A stretch of DNA of 64,000 nt from a virus (Duplodnaviria; Caudoviricetes). The stretch is taken from the IMG/VR virus record IMGVR_UViG_2918748958_000001, positions 3,083 to 67,082 of that record, one strand, 5' to 3'. The translations under genes were made by a program, and so were the position numbers. The notes under the pieces are model-generated. The model searched no databases. It was not told the origin of the DNA and was given only the letters and a program-made list of their open reading frames with translations. Position 1 is the stretch's first letter; the number at the start of each line of letters is the position of its first letter. This document shows positions 1 through 8,624 of this stretch, one piece after another.

Positions 1-404
1 GCACCATCGGCGCGGCGGAAGCGCCACCAGATATTGCGCCCGGTCTCCCAGTTCGGCTCATCGAAGCTGGCAGCCGGGATGATGCAGCGCTTGCCGCGGG
101 CCCAGGCGTCCTTGTAGATTGGCGACTTCTCCATGCCCTCGGTGCGAGCGTTCACCGTGCTCAGGCGCGTGCCGCGCGCGGTCGTCGGGACATGCGTCTT
201 CGACCACAGCGGGATCATTCCCCACTGCCCCACCACGAGTTCGCGCGCGTACTCCACTTCATCGGCCCGCCGGATGAAGCTCGCCAGCGATAGCGGAAAC
301 ACCGTCAGGAGGTTCTCCCAGTCCTTGCGCTGATTGGACCTTCGGTCGATCTTCCAGAAGGCTTCAATCTCCCGTTGTTCAGGGCTGATGTAGCGCGTGC
401 ACAT
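1..404 (-). CDS. SOS response-associated peptidase (SRAP/HMCES family), runs off the window edge
   Basis: Not in the ORF track. Read by hand from the ATG at 404: MCTRYISPEQREIEAFWK...GQWGMIP...TVNARTEGMEKSPIYKDAWARGKRCIIPAASFDEPNWETG. The N-terminal MC, WGMIP, NAR and RCIIPA-x-F-x-E motifs are typical of SRAP. Confidence 0.9.
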   Translation of the reverse strand, partial: MCTRYISPEQREIEAFWKIDRRSNQRKDWENLLTVFPLSLASFIRRADEVEYARELVVGQWGMIPLWSKTHVPTTARGTRLSTVNARTEGMEKSPIYKDAWARGKRCIIPAASFDEPNWETGRNIWWRFRRADG

Positions 405-445
405 CGGCTCATTCTTGCGGCGGTGGCGCGCGGTGTCGAGCTGGG

Positions 446-465
446 AGCGGCACCTAGGTGCCGCT
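446..465. repeat. perfect 20-bp palindrome
   Basis: AGCGGCACCT-AGGTGCCGCT, overlapping the stop codon of 454..642. Confidence 0.7.
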
Positions 466-642
466 GGTGATCGGTCGCAGCCACTCCACCGCTGCCTCAT
501 CCGGAAGCATCGATCGCAGCCGTTCGTCGCGCCACAGATCGCGCGCGACATCCTCCAGCTCAAGAGGGTCAACGGTGTGCCACTGCTGCTGCAACCGGTG
601 CGCGCAGGCGGCAATCCAGAGGGTGGCAGGCATGTTTTCCAT
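454..642 (-). CDS. small hypothetical protein, probably LexA-regulated
   Basis: 3' part of ORF 454..1062: MENMPATLWIAACAHRLQQQWHTVDPLELEDVARDLWRDERLRSMLPDEAAVEWLRP. Helical and protein-like; starts about 20 nt from the SOS box. Confidence 0.6.
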   Translation of the reverse strand: MENMPATLWIAACAHRLQQQWHTVDPLELEDVARDLWRDERLRSMLPDEAAVEWLRPITSGT

Positions 643-660
643 GCCCCAATTATTGCCGAA

Positions 661-682
661 GTACTGTATATTTGTACAGTAC
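661..682. promoter_or_regulatory. LexA (SOS) box
   Basis: GTACTGTATATTTGTACAGTAC, i.e. CTGT-N8-ACAG with extended dyad symmetry, between divergent small genes. Confidence 0.85.
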
Positions 683-701
683 AAAGGTGTTACTTCCGAC
701 C

Positions 702-935
702 ATGCCTGAACCCCCCATTGAAGATGAGATCGCCGAGATGGCGCGCCGGGTGGGCGAGCTTGCAGCGGGCGAGCCGCTACGCCCGACGCTGCTCGCGTTC
801 GCCGATCTGGTGGCCGGCCGATGCGCCCAGATTGGCGATTTGTACGGCGACTGGGACCGAAACGCCGGGGACCACATTCGTGCCGTGATGCACGGCATCC
901 CAGGCCTGTTGCCGAAGCCGCGGGACGGCGCATGA
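702..935 (+). CDS. small hypothetical protein
   Basis: MPEPPIEDEIAEMARRVGEL...; ATG 20 nt after the SOS box. Confidence 0.55.
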   Translation: MPEPPIEDEIAEMARRVGELAAGEPLRPTLLAFADLVAGRCAQIGDLYGDWDRNAGDHIRAVMHGIPGLLPKPRDGA

Positions 936-942
936 GGCCGCC

Positions 943-1293
943 ATGCGCGTGAAGATGAGACCGCGATACCGCGGCGGCACCCGACTCAGCAAGCGTGAGT
1001 TCGTAGATCAGGCATGGGCTTGCGGAGCGCTCGTACTGCGGGATGTTGAAGGAAGGTTGCAACTTGGCCTATGGGAGGCGCGTCCGGGCGATCTGGCGCC
1101 GCCCTTGGGCATCCTCTGGCGCCCCGAACTGGCTGCCTGTGCCTACGAAACCATCAGCTTTGCCGGGGTCGAGCAAGTGGGAGGACGCTGGTGCTATCAA
1201 GTCTGGTACTGCGAGATACAGCACTCCCTGCCTGCACCCCTGTCCCATCAACTGCTGGAAGCGGCGGCGACAATCAACTATGAGCCAAACTGA
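943..1293 (+). CDS. hypothetical protein
   Basis: 116-aa ORF with protein-like composition (FAGVEQVGGRWCYQVWYCE), in a co-oriented run of small genes. Confidence 0.55.
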   Translation: MRVKMRPRYRGGTRLSKREFVDQAWACGALVLRDVEGRLQLGLWEARPGDLAPPLGILWRPELAACAYETISFAGVEQVGGRWCYQVWYCEIQHSLPAPLSHQLLEAAATINYEPN

Positions 1294-1498
1294 ATTTTTC
1301 CCCGAGCCCGCCACTATCCTTCGCATGCCGTCGTGGCTGGGCAGCGAGGTGCACGAAGATCGTGAGCTGCCACTGGCGCCCGGCGACTACAGGGTGACGC
1401 CCGGCGACCGGTGGACCGTCACCTGCCTGAAGACCAACGCGACGATCTACAGCGGCATCGGTCCCGTCGAGATTTTGCGCGAGCGGGTCGTCACCTGA
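1280..1498 (+). CDS. small hypothetical protein (paralog A)
   Basis: MSQTEFFPEPATILRMPSWLGSEVHEDRELPLAPGDYRVTPGDRWTVTCLKTNATIYSGIGPVEILRE; a second copy lies at 2456..2626. Confidence 0.65.
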   Translation: MSQTEFFPEPATILRMPSWLGSEVHEDRELPLAPGDYRVTPGDRWTVTCLKTNATIYSGIGPVEILRERVVT

Positions 1499-1510
1499 GT
1501 CACGGTGGCG

Positions 1511-1886
1511 ATGGCAACTGTCCTCCTCACCGCAATCGAGTCAATAACCGCGAGCTGGCGGGCACACAACAAGGCCTACCCGCGAAAGATCATCCTCTCG
1601 CCGGCGCAGCACCTGCAATACGTCGCAATATCCCCGGCTCGGCAAGGAAGACCGGGCGATCGACGCGAGTTCGTTCATGGGCGCGCCCATCGAGCAGGCC
1701 GAGGGCTCGACAAGCATATTGATCGCGGCCGGCGACTGGCGCACCGTCGAGCAGCGCTGGAGGCCTGCCAACAGCATCGACGAGCCCACCGAGGCCGAAC
1801 CGCTGACTGCCCTTGACGGCAAGACCGCAACAAGGGAGCGCATGACGGGCCTCAGGTGGCCGCCGCCGAACGACACCGCACACTGA
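1511..1886 (+). pseudogene. possible frameshifted hypothetical gene
   Basis: The protein-like N-terminus MATVLLTAIESITASWRAHNKAYPRKIILSPAQ becomes low-complexity, while another frame resumes protein-like sequence (FMGAPIEQAEGSTSILIAAG) near 1675. Confidence 0.3.
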
Positions 1887-1932
1887 CCACCAGGCCGCCG
1901 CACGCGAGCTTTTTCTTTGGCGGCAGTCCCGA

Positions 1933-2247
1933 TCACTCAGCGGCGCATTGAGCGCGCGTGTGCGTATATCCGCACTTGTTGCCGCTCCTCGTGCTTATGT
2001 TCTCTGCCGTGTATTCGCGCACTCGCTTTGCGCCGTCGGGCATGTTCACTGTGCAGCGTTGTTGGATCACCGGCGTTTCGCTCTGATCACAGTTAACCCA
2101 ATGGTCGTGCTTGTCACAAGCGCCCTCAATCTCGCCCTTGCAAATGACAAAGGATTTGGTGTCGAACTTCGGTACTTGCGCGTCAGCCGGAACTTGAATC
2201 CCGAACGCAAGCGAAGCGATAGCGACGATGGTGCCGAAATTGCGCAT
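1933..2247 (-). CDS. secreted small Cys-rich protein
   Basis: MRNFGTIVAIASLAFGIQVPADA signal-peptide-like N-terminus; 6 Cys in the mature part; purine-rich AAAAAAGGGG upstream of the ATG at 2247. Confidence 0.7.
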   Translation of the reverse strand: MRNFGTIVAIASLAFGIQVPADAQVPKFDTKSFVICKGEIEGACDKHDHWVNCDQSETPVIQQRCTVNMPDGAKRVREYTAENISTRSGNKCGYTHTRAQCAAE

Positions 2248-2455
2248 TTGGAACCCCTTTTTTTGGCGAGTGGAAGAACCACGATCTGAGAAATGGCTCA
2301 CGCCGTCAATACCATATTCGTGGGTAAATTGAACGGGCCGGCCGAAGCCCGCGTCCTGGCTGGCTGAAAGAGGCCTTGGCCGCCCTCAAGCTCGACGACA
2401 TCGCCGCCAACGGCGATTCGGCCTGTGTAAGCGCTGATGTTGCCGAGCTGGGCGG

Positions 2456-2626
2456 ATGTCGTCGTGGCCGAGCAGCCAGGTGCACGAAGACCATGAGCCG
2501 CTGGCGCCCAGCGACTACAAGGTCACGCCAGGGGAGCGCTGGACGGTGACCTCGCTCAAGGACAGTTCCACGGTCTACAGCGGCATCGGGCCGGTCGAAG
2601 TCCTGCGCGACGGGAAAACAGCCTAA
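2456..2626 (+). CDS. small hypothetical protein (paralog B, truncated duplicate of 1280..1498)
   Basis: MSSWPSSQVHEDHEPLAPSDYKVTPGERWTVTSLKDSSTVYSGIGPVEVLRDGKTA aligns by eye to paralog A; below the ORF-track length cutoff. Confidence 0.55.
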   Translation: MSSWPSSQVHEDHEPLAPSDYKVTPGERWTVTSLKDSSTVYSGIGPVEVLRDGKTA

Positions 2627-2775
2627 TCGTCCTGTACAACTTCTCTCGCTGACGCCCTCTGATCCCCCTGACAGAGGGCGAGTTCTCCGCCGTTGTGGTG
2701 GATAAGGCGGTGCACAAACACGCGCGCATGGCTGGAAAGCGTTGCCAGGGCTGAGTTGGGGCGCGGCGCCTGGAA

Positions 2776-3150
2776 ATGCAGCGCCTCGCCCTTTTGAGCC
2801 CTATCACTTCTGATAGTGGTAGCCCTCAGCGCTTCGCGCGAGAGTTGCGGCATGAAGCATCTCGCTTCGCGATGGAGCACACGATGGAAGTCGATCCCCA
2901 AGTGTTCGAGACCTGGAAAAAGCTTTACATGCGCTGGGGCAAAGCGGACCGATCCGCACGCAAAGCGCGCAGTGAGACGACGGTTGCCCTCATCAAATGT
3001 CTCTTTGGCACAGGCATTCCCCCCACTGTCACGCAGTTGGACAGAACTCGCGAATTGGAATGCACCGCCGACCGGCTGCGCAGCGAAATGGACGCGAAGA
3101 TCCTCAGCTTGCTTCCCCTTGAGCCATGGCAGAGCACCGATCTTTCGTAG
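2776..3150 (+). CDS. hypothetical protein
   Basis: ORF only; the C-terminal part is helical-looking. Start uncertain. Confidence 0.3.
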   Translation: MQRLALLSPITSDSGSPQRFARELRHEASRFAMEHTMEVDPQVFETWKKLYMRWGKADRSARKARSETTVALIKCLFGTGIPPTVTQLDRTRELECTADRLRSEMDAKILSLLPLEPWQSTDLS

Positions 3151-3349
3151 AAGGCCGATCTTCCGACCCTATTCACTCCGCCTCTGGGAAGCCCTTTGTC
3201 GTGGGCAGCAGCAATGAGGGCATTTGTCTCCCCGGAAAAGGTGCGTATCGCTCATGCGCGCGTGCGGCGCAACTTCTACAGTGACTTCACGGCGAAACAC
3301 TTTGTTCAAGACAAGCGGCGCCGGTTGTCCACCTCACTGGAGAACGCAC

Positions 3350-3433
3350 ATGGAACGCAGCCAGCTACCCGGGAATTGCTTCTTGGTACTTGTGTACTTG
3401 CTCGCGCTGCTTGCTTTGTGGCTCAGCAACTGA
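3350..3433 (+). CDS. 27-aa hydrophobic membrane peptide
   Basis: GGAG RBS 7 nt before the ATG; MERSQLPGNCFLVLVYLLALLALWLSN. Confidence 0.4.
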   Translation: MERSQLPGNCFLVLVYLLALLALWLSN

Positions 3434-3457
3434 ACGTGAAGCAGCCGACCCTAAACG

Positions 3458-3853
3458 TCACTTCTGGTGAAAGTCCTCTGACTGGCCGCTGCCGAGGAAA
3501 GAGCGCTTGATCGTGGCTGTTTGAATCTGCTGTCCATTGAGACTTACCGATTCGATCTGCCAATCGCCCCTTTTGACAAGCTTCGCATACAACTCGCCAG
3601 ATCCATTGGAGCCTTCCACTGAAGCTGAAAACTCTGCACTTCCGCCTGGTCCAGATACCCGCACAGAGTACCCAAAGAAATGAAGCCGCAAGCTGGGACG
3701 GTCCCCAACTCTCTCTCTGATTTCGCTAGATGTCTTGACGAAATTGGCGAGCGTTTGATATGCGTCCGTCCGCAAGACAATGAAGCGGCCAGAAATCTCA
3801 GCAAGCGGCAAGACCACCAGCAGCAAGACGGCGGCCCACTTCAGGATTTTCAT
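3458..3853 (-). CDS. putative Rhs immunity protein, membrane-anchored or periplasmic
   Basis: ATG 1 nt after the Rhs stop. N-terminal hydrophobic segment MKILKWAAVLLLVVLPLA followed by a beta-rich domain (SAEFSASVEGSNGSGELYAKL...WQIESVSL). Confidence 0.7.
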   Translation of the reverse strand: MKILKWAAVLLLVVLPLAEISGRFIVLRTDAYQTLANFVKTSSEIRERVGDRPSLRLHFFGYSVRVSGPGGSAEFSASVEGSNGSGELYAKLVKRGDWQIESVSLNGQQIQTATIKRSFLGSGQSEDFHQK

Positions 3854-3854
3854 G

Positions 3855-6800
3855 TTACCGCCCTGGCCCAAAGATAGTTCCCTCAACACCTGCTCCAGCG
3901 CCACCACGAAGGCCTTGGCTATTGCCTAGACTCCAACTCGGGCTGATGTCCCCATACGACTGATTTGGTCGCCCGAAGAAAATGCCCGCCCCGGTTCGAG
4001 GATCAACCAGCTGATGAGGCGGGGTGACGAAGTTGAAGTTTGTCCCGGCACTTGCATTCATCGCCCCTTGGAGCGGCCCGACGTTTCCGCCAACCCATCC
4101 ATATAACCCCAGTCCCGCTCCTGCATCGCAGGACGCTCCCTTGTCGCCTCCCGGCCTTCCGCCGTTACGGTCGTAGGCAATCCCTCCACCGAGGCCAAAT
4201 CCCCAACGACCAGAAACAAACGGACCGCCAGTATTTGGATCTCGCCCAACCACGAATCCGCCGCCAACGCCGTGAACGTAAGCATCCAAGGTCACAGACC
4301 AAAGCCCTAGTGGATCACCCTTGGTAAGTGGGTTCGCGTCCACATAGCCAAACCGATTCCAACCACCCTTGAGACCAATCGGATCCGGCTGGCTGTAGCG
4401 CCCGGTCCTCGCGTCGTAGCTCCTGAAGTAGTTGTAGAACAGCCCCGACTCCTCATCCGCATACTGCCCCGGATAGCGCAGGCTGAACTTCACGTCCGAG
4501 ATGCTGGTGGTGCCCGGGTTGGGCGTCGTGTCGAGGTTCGCGAACCGATTCCTTGCGATGGTTGGCTTGTCCGCCCCGAACGCGCTGTAGCTCCACTGCC
4601 AGACCGCCTGCCCGTCCGCATTGGTGAGCTTGCGCGGGGTGTTCAGGTGGTCGCTGTGCACCGCATAGGTGGCGCCATTGATCACGGCCGCAATCGGCAT
4701 CGGCCCGTTCGCCGTCGGCAGGTAGATGTATTGACTCTGCCCTGCGCTGTTCGCGCCGCCGCTGCCCGCCTCCGCGATCAGCGTGCCGTTCTCGTCGTAT
4801 GTGTAGGCGTAGCCCAGCTGCTCCGCCTGCGTTGTGCTCGGGCTCCACAGCTTGGTGAAGAACGCGATCAGGCTCTGCATGAAGCCCGGGTCGGCTTCAT
4901 CGCCCGGGCCCGGCGGGTACAGCGGCTCGGTCTTGAACACCCGCTGGCCCAGCGCATTGTGCGCGTAGCGCGTGGTCGGGCTCACGTCGGTGGCGCCGGT
5001 GGTGGCCGCGGCCAGGCGGCCCTCGGCGTCGTAGGTGTAGCTGCGAAGCCCATCGCTCACCAGGTCGCCGTTGGCGTTGTAACCGTAGGCCACGCTGGTG
5101 GTGCTGGCGCCGTTGATGCTCTGGGTAAAGCCGGTGAGCTGGTTGCTCGTCGCGCCCACGCTGTAGGTGCGGCTGGTGCTCTGGCCGTTGAGTTCTCTCG
5201 TGCTGCTGCTCCGGTTGCCGTTGGCGTCGTAGCCGAAGCCGGCGGTGCTGCCGGTGGCGTTAAAGCCGGTGACGCGCCCCACGGCGTTATAGCCGACGGT
5301 CCAGGTGATGTCGCTGGCGCCGATGGTGCTGTGGGTGGGGTCGGTGTCGCCCGGTGCGTAGAGGTTCTGCGTCAGGCTGGTGATGCGACCGGCGGCGTCG
5401 TAGAAGTAGCTGCTGAACTCGGTGGCGGTCATGCGCCCGGCGGTGTCGTAGCTGCGGCTGGCGGCGAGGCTCGGTGAAGCGAAGGCCCAGGTCCAGGCGG
5501 TGGGCTGCCCGAGGGGGTTCCAGGCGATGCCGGTGACCAGCGGGTTGCCGTTCAGGCTCAGGCCCGTGAGGCGGCCAGTGGCGTCGTAGCTATGGGTGAG
5601 CAGTCCGCCGCCGTTGGGGTAGCCGATGCTCGCCAGCGTGCCGTTGGGGTTGTAGCTGTAGCTGACCTGCTGCACGCTGCCGTTCGCGAGGGTCTGCTTC
5701 TTGAGGGTCACGCGGCCGAAGCCATCGCGGGTGTACTCGGTGGTGCCGCTGCGGTCGACGATTTCGGAGAGGTAGCCCTTGCTGTTCGCACTCAGGTCGT
5801 AGCGCAGGGTGGTGGTCTTGCCATCGGCGAAGACCAGGCTGGTCGGACGGCCCAGGGCGTCGCGCGTGATGGTGGTCGCCTGGCCCAGCGCATCAGTGAT
5901 CTGGCTGGGCAGGCCCAGGGCGTCGTACTGGGTGCTGGCGGGGCCGGTGTCGGCACTGCTCTCGGCCGTCGCATTCCCTTGGGCATCGCGCGCGTAGGTG
6001 GTGGCCACGCCCTTGAAGTCCTTGGCTTCGGTGACGGCATCCAGGGCGTTGTACTTGAGGGTCGCGGTGGCGCTGGCCGCATCGGTCACTGCCTTGACGC
6101 GGCGCAGGCCGTCCAGGCCGTACTGGGTGCTCTGGTTCAGGCCGTTGGTCTGGGTGATCAGTTCGCCGTTGGCGTCGTAGCCGAAGGAGCTGGCCTGGTT
6201 CGGGCCTTCGGTCTGGGCGGACAACCGGTTGATGTTGTTGATGGTGCGCGCGGCGTTCCAGGCCACGTTGCCGGCGCTGTCCTTGATCTGCTCGGCGGTG
6301 CGGTTGCCCATGCCGTCCAGGGTGTAGGTGCCGCTCTCGCCGCGGTTGTTGCTCCAACCGACGAGGCGGTGGGCGGCGTCGTAGCTGTAGGTGAGCACGA
6401 GGCCGGTGGGCAGGGAGACCGTCTCGACCGTGCCGTAGGGCTTGTAGGTGAGCGTGGTGGTCTGGCCGCCGACAGTCTGGGTCAGCAGGCGGTCGCGCGG
6501 GTCGTAGGTGTAGCTAGTGACGAGGCCGTTGGGGGCGGTCGAGCTCACCACCCTGTTCGCCGTGTCGTAGGTGTAGCTGGTGACGTGACCCAGCGCATTG
6601 GTCGAAGCCAGGACATTGCCCTGGGGGTTGTAGGTGTAGCTGGTCTCCGCGCCGTTGGGCTCGGTGGCGGTGGCTACCAACTGCTGGGCGTTGTAGGTCC
6701 ATTGCCAGAGGCGGGCCTTGTTCGTGGCGGCGTCGGTCACGGTCTTGGACAGCGTGTTGCCCAAGGCGTCATAGGTGTAGGCGGTGGTGCGGCCGGACTC

Positions 6801-8339
6801 AGTGACCAGTGCGGGTAACGAGAAGGTCGGATGCCACTGGGTCGTGATGGTCAGGGCTTCAGCAGTCCCAGCAGCACGAACAACAGTAGTGGGGAGGCGG
6901 CGGGCAACGTCCCAGCTTGTTGTCGTGACCACGCCTTTGAAGTCAGTCTCGCTGGTTATCAGCCCGTTGGAGTCTTGGGCGCGCGATGCAACCTCGGGCT
7001 CGCCCGAACCAGAGGTCAGTGAACTACCGGCGGCAGCGAGCTTTCCTTTGACAGTGGTGTAGCTGACGTTTCGGCTTGTACCTAACGGATCAATCACCGT
7101 GACTCCATTGCTGGAGAGATAGCTCACTTGGTATCTGTCGACACCCCCGGAATGCTCAGTCGTGATCGCTCTTCCGAGAGAGTCGTATGCAAAGCTCGCA
7201 AAGCGAGCTCCAGTCTCATCTAGGACGCCGGTCAATGCTTGGGAGTACGAGGCGTTTTCGTACACGTAGGTCCGAGTCTGCAGGTCCGGATAGATGACAG
7301 AAGATAGGCGGCCCGCTGCGTCGTAAAGGTAGCCGACGACGCGCGAGTCGGAGCTGATGACGGTATTGAGTTGGCCCGCTCCGTTGTAAGTCAACGCAAG
7401 CGCGCGGCCAAACGCATTGGCAATGGTCGAGAGCTGGCCCGCACCGTTATAGGTGTAGATGGTGACCCACCCGTTGCGATCCGTCTTCGTTTGGAGCTTG
7501 CCATCGCCCGTGAACGCAAGCACCGCGTCGTCGTCCGCGCGGCGCCATGTCCAAGTGCCATTACCGAGTTGGACGAGCAGGTCGCCACTGTTCGTGGCCG
7601 TCCAAATGGCTGAGCCTGTGACCTTTGCAAAAGTGCGTAGGTAGCCTTCCGAACTTGTGATGGAAACTGCGATTGGATCGGAACCCGGCGTCGCTTCAAG
7701 TTTTGTCGTGTGATTGTGCGTCCACGCTTTGCCCAGCCCCACCGCCGGCCGCGTCGGATCAGCGCCCCAACTGCTTCGATAGGTACGTTCGAATGTGAGC
7801 GCTCCCGGCCCGCCGACATCCAAATCGACTTCTGATTGGAGTTTTTCGGCGGTCGCGGGATTAATGGGATTGCCGACGTCGATGCCGCAACTCTGAGGCT
7901 CCGGGGATGCCTTGACACAAGATGCGCCCGCTGGATCCTCCTGATACCCAGCGGCACACTTGCAACCATCGGGTGTCGAAGTGCTATTGGCAGGACACAC
8001 CCACTTTGCGAGAAACGTCCCGCCACACGGCGCGGTGGTGCCATCTGAAAAGTAATAAGTGCCGCCCCAATCGCCAACGATCGTGCGAGGGGGGACGGGC
8101 TCCGGCGTCAGCCAAATGCATTTCGCCACGAAGCCCTGGGGCGCATAGAGTTCAAGTACCTTCTGCTCGGAGAAGGCCTTGATCGTTGCCCAGGAACCCC
8201 TGGCTTGAGTGCCATCGAAGACGGGAGGATGCTCCCAATACGCACCGACTTGAGCGTGCGCAGGCAGGAGAAGTGCATTCAGTCCGGCCAGAATGAAAAC
8301 AAGTCGAACCCATAGCCAGATCCCGCGTACATCCCTCAT
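3855..8339 (-). CDS. rhs: Rhs/YD-repeat polymorphic toxin with signal peptide
   Basis: GGGAGAG RBS before the ATG at 8339; signal peptide ending AHA-Q; GNPINPATAEK...LTFERTYRS (DUF6531-like); many YD repeats; core end PGQYADEESGLFYNYFRSYDARTGRYSQPDPIG...DPLGL; 148-aa C-terminal tip. Confidence 0.95.
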   Translation of the reverse strand: MRDVRGIWLWVRLVFILAGLNALLLPAHAQVGAYWEHPPVFDGTQARGSWATIKAFSEQKVLELYAPQGFVAKCIWLTPEPVPPRTIVGDWGGTYYFSDGTTAPCGGTFLAKWVCPANSTSTPDGCKCAAGYQEDPAGASCVKASPEPQSCGIDVGNPINPATAEKLQSEVDLDVGGPGALTFERTYRSSWGADPTRPAVGLGKAWTHNHTTKLEATPGSDPIAVSITSSEGYLRTFAKVTGSAIWTATNSGDLLVQLGNGTWTWRRADDDAVLAFTGDGKLQTKTDRNGWVTIYTYNGAGQLSTIANAFGRALALTYNGAGQLNTVISSDSRVVGYLYDAAGRLSSVIYPDLQTRTYVYENASYSQALTGVLDETGARFASFAYDSLGRAITTEHSGGVDRYQVSYLSSNGVTVIDPLGTSRNVSYTTVKGKLAAAGSSLTSGSGEPEVASRAQDSNGLITSETDFKGVVTTTSWDVARRLPTTVVRAAGTAEALTITTQWHPTFSLPALVTESGRTTAYTYDALGNTLSKTVTDAATNKARLWQWTYNAQQLVATATEPNGAETSYTYNPQGNVLASTNALGHVTSYTYDTANRVVSSTAPNGLVTSYTYDPRDRLLTQTVGGQTTTLTYKPYGTVETVSLPTGLVLTYSYDAAHRLVGWSNNRGESGTYTLDGMGNRTAEQIKDSAGNVAWNAARTINNINRLSAQTEGPNQASSFGYDANGELITQTNGLNQSTQYGLDGLRRVKAVTDAASATATLKYNALDAVTEAKDFKGVATTYARDAQGNATAESSADTGPASTQYDALGLPSQITDALGQATTITRDALGRPTSLVFADGKTTTLRYDLSANSKGYLSEIVDRSGTTEYTRDGFGRVTLKKQTLANGSVQQVSYSYNPNGTLASIGYPNGGGLLTHSYDATGRLTGLSLNGNPLVTGIAWNPLGQPTAWTWAFASPSLAASRSYDTAGRMTATEFSSYFYDAAGRITSLTQNLYAPGDTDPTHSTIGASDITWTVGYNAVGRVTGFNATGSTAGFGYDANGNRSSSTRELNGQSTSRTYSVGATSNQLTGFTQSINGASTTSVAYGYNANGDLVSDGLRSYTYDAEGRLAAATTGATDVSPTTRYAHNALGQRVFKTEPLYPPGPGDEADPGFMQSLIAFFTKLWSPSTTQAEQLGYAYTYDENGTLIAEAGSGGANSAGQSQYIYLPTANGPMPIAAVINGATYAVHSDHLNTPRKLTNADGQAVWQWSYSAFGADKPTIARNRFANLDTTPNPGTTSISDVKFSLRYPGQYADEESGLFYNYFRSYDARTGRYSQPDPIGLKGGWNRFGYVDANPLTKGDPLGLWSVTLDAYVHGVGGGFVVGRDPNTGGPFVSGRWGFGLGGGIAYDRNGGRPGGDKGASCDAGAGLGLYGWVGGNVGPLQGAMNASAGTNFNFVTPPHQLVDPRTGAGIFFGRPNQSYGDISPSWSLGNSQGLRGGAGAGVEGTIFGPGR

Positions 8340-8624
8340 CGAACTCTCCCTTAGCTCTCTCGCTATTGATGATCGATTGCCGCCAAACCGCCGAACTGTT
8401 TGAATGGTGTGCAACCTGCTTCTTAATGACTCAATCACCCCCTCAGGTGATGCACGTACAGGTGCGGCAATACAAGTTGTTTCAAGATAGCCGAACCCAT
8501 GCAGCGATACAACAACGGAGCAAAGTTCCTTCCACATCCAAGCCAGAATGAATATGAAAGTTCGCCGGTGCTGTTGTCGCAACACGACTGTCCGCCGGGC
8601 TGCACTCTCCGCCCCGAGAACTGA

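Noticed and set aside
4400-7700. Periodic GTCGTAG/GGTGTAG repeats as a possible CRISPR or DNA repeat array
   Set aside because: They are the coding YD repeats of Rhs; there are no fixed-length repeats or spacers.
8340-8585. 82-codon upstream extension of the Rhs ORF
   Set aside because: A good RBS and signal peptide begin at 8339; the extension is not protein-like.
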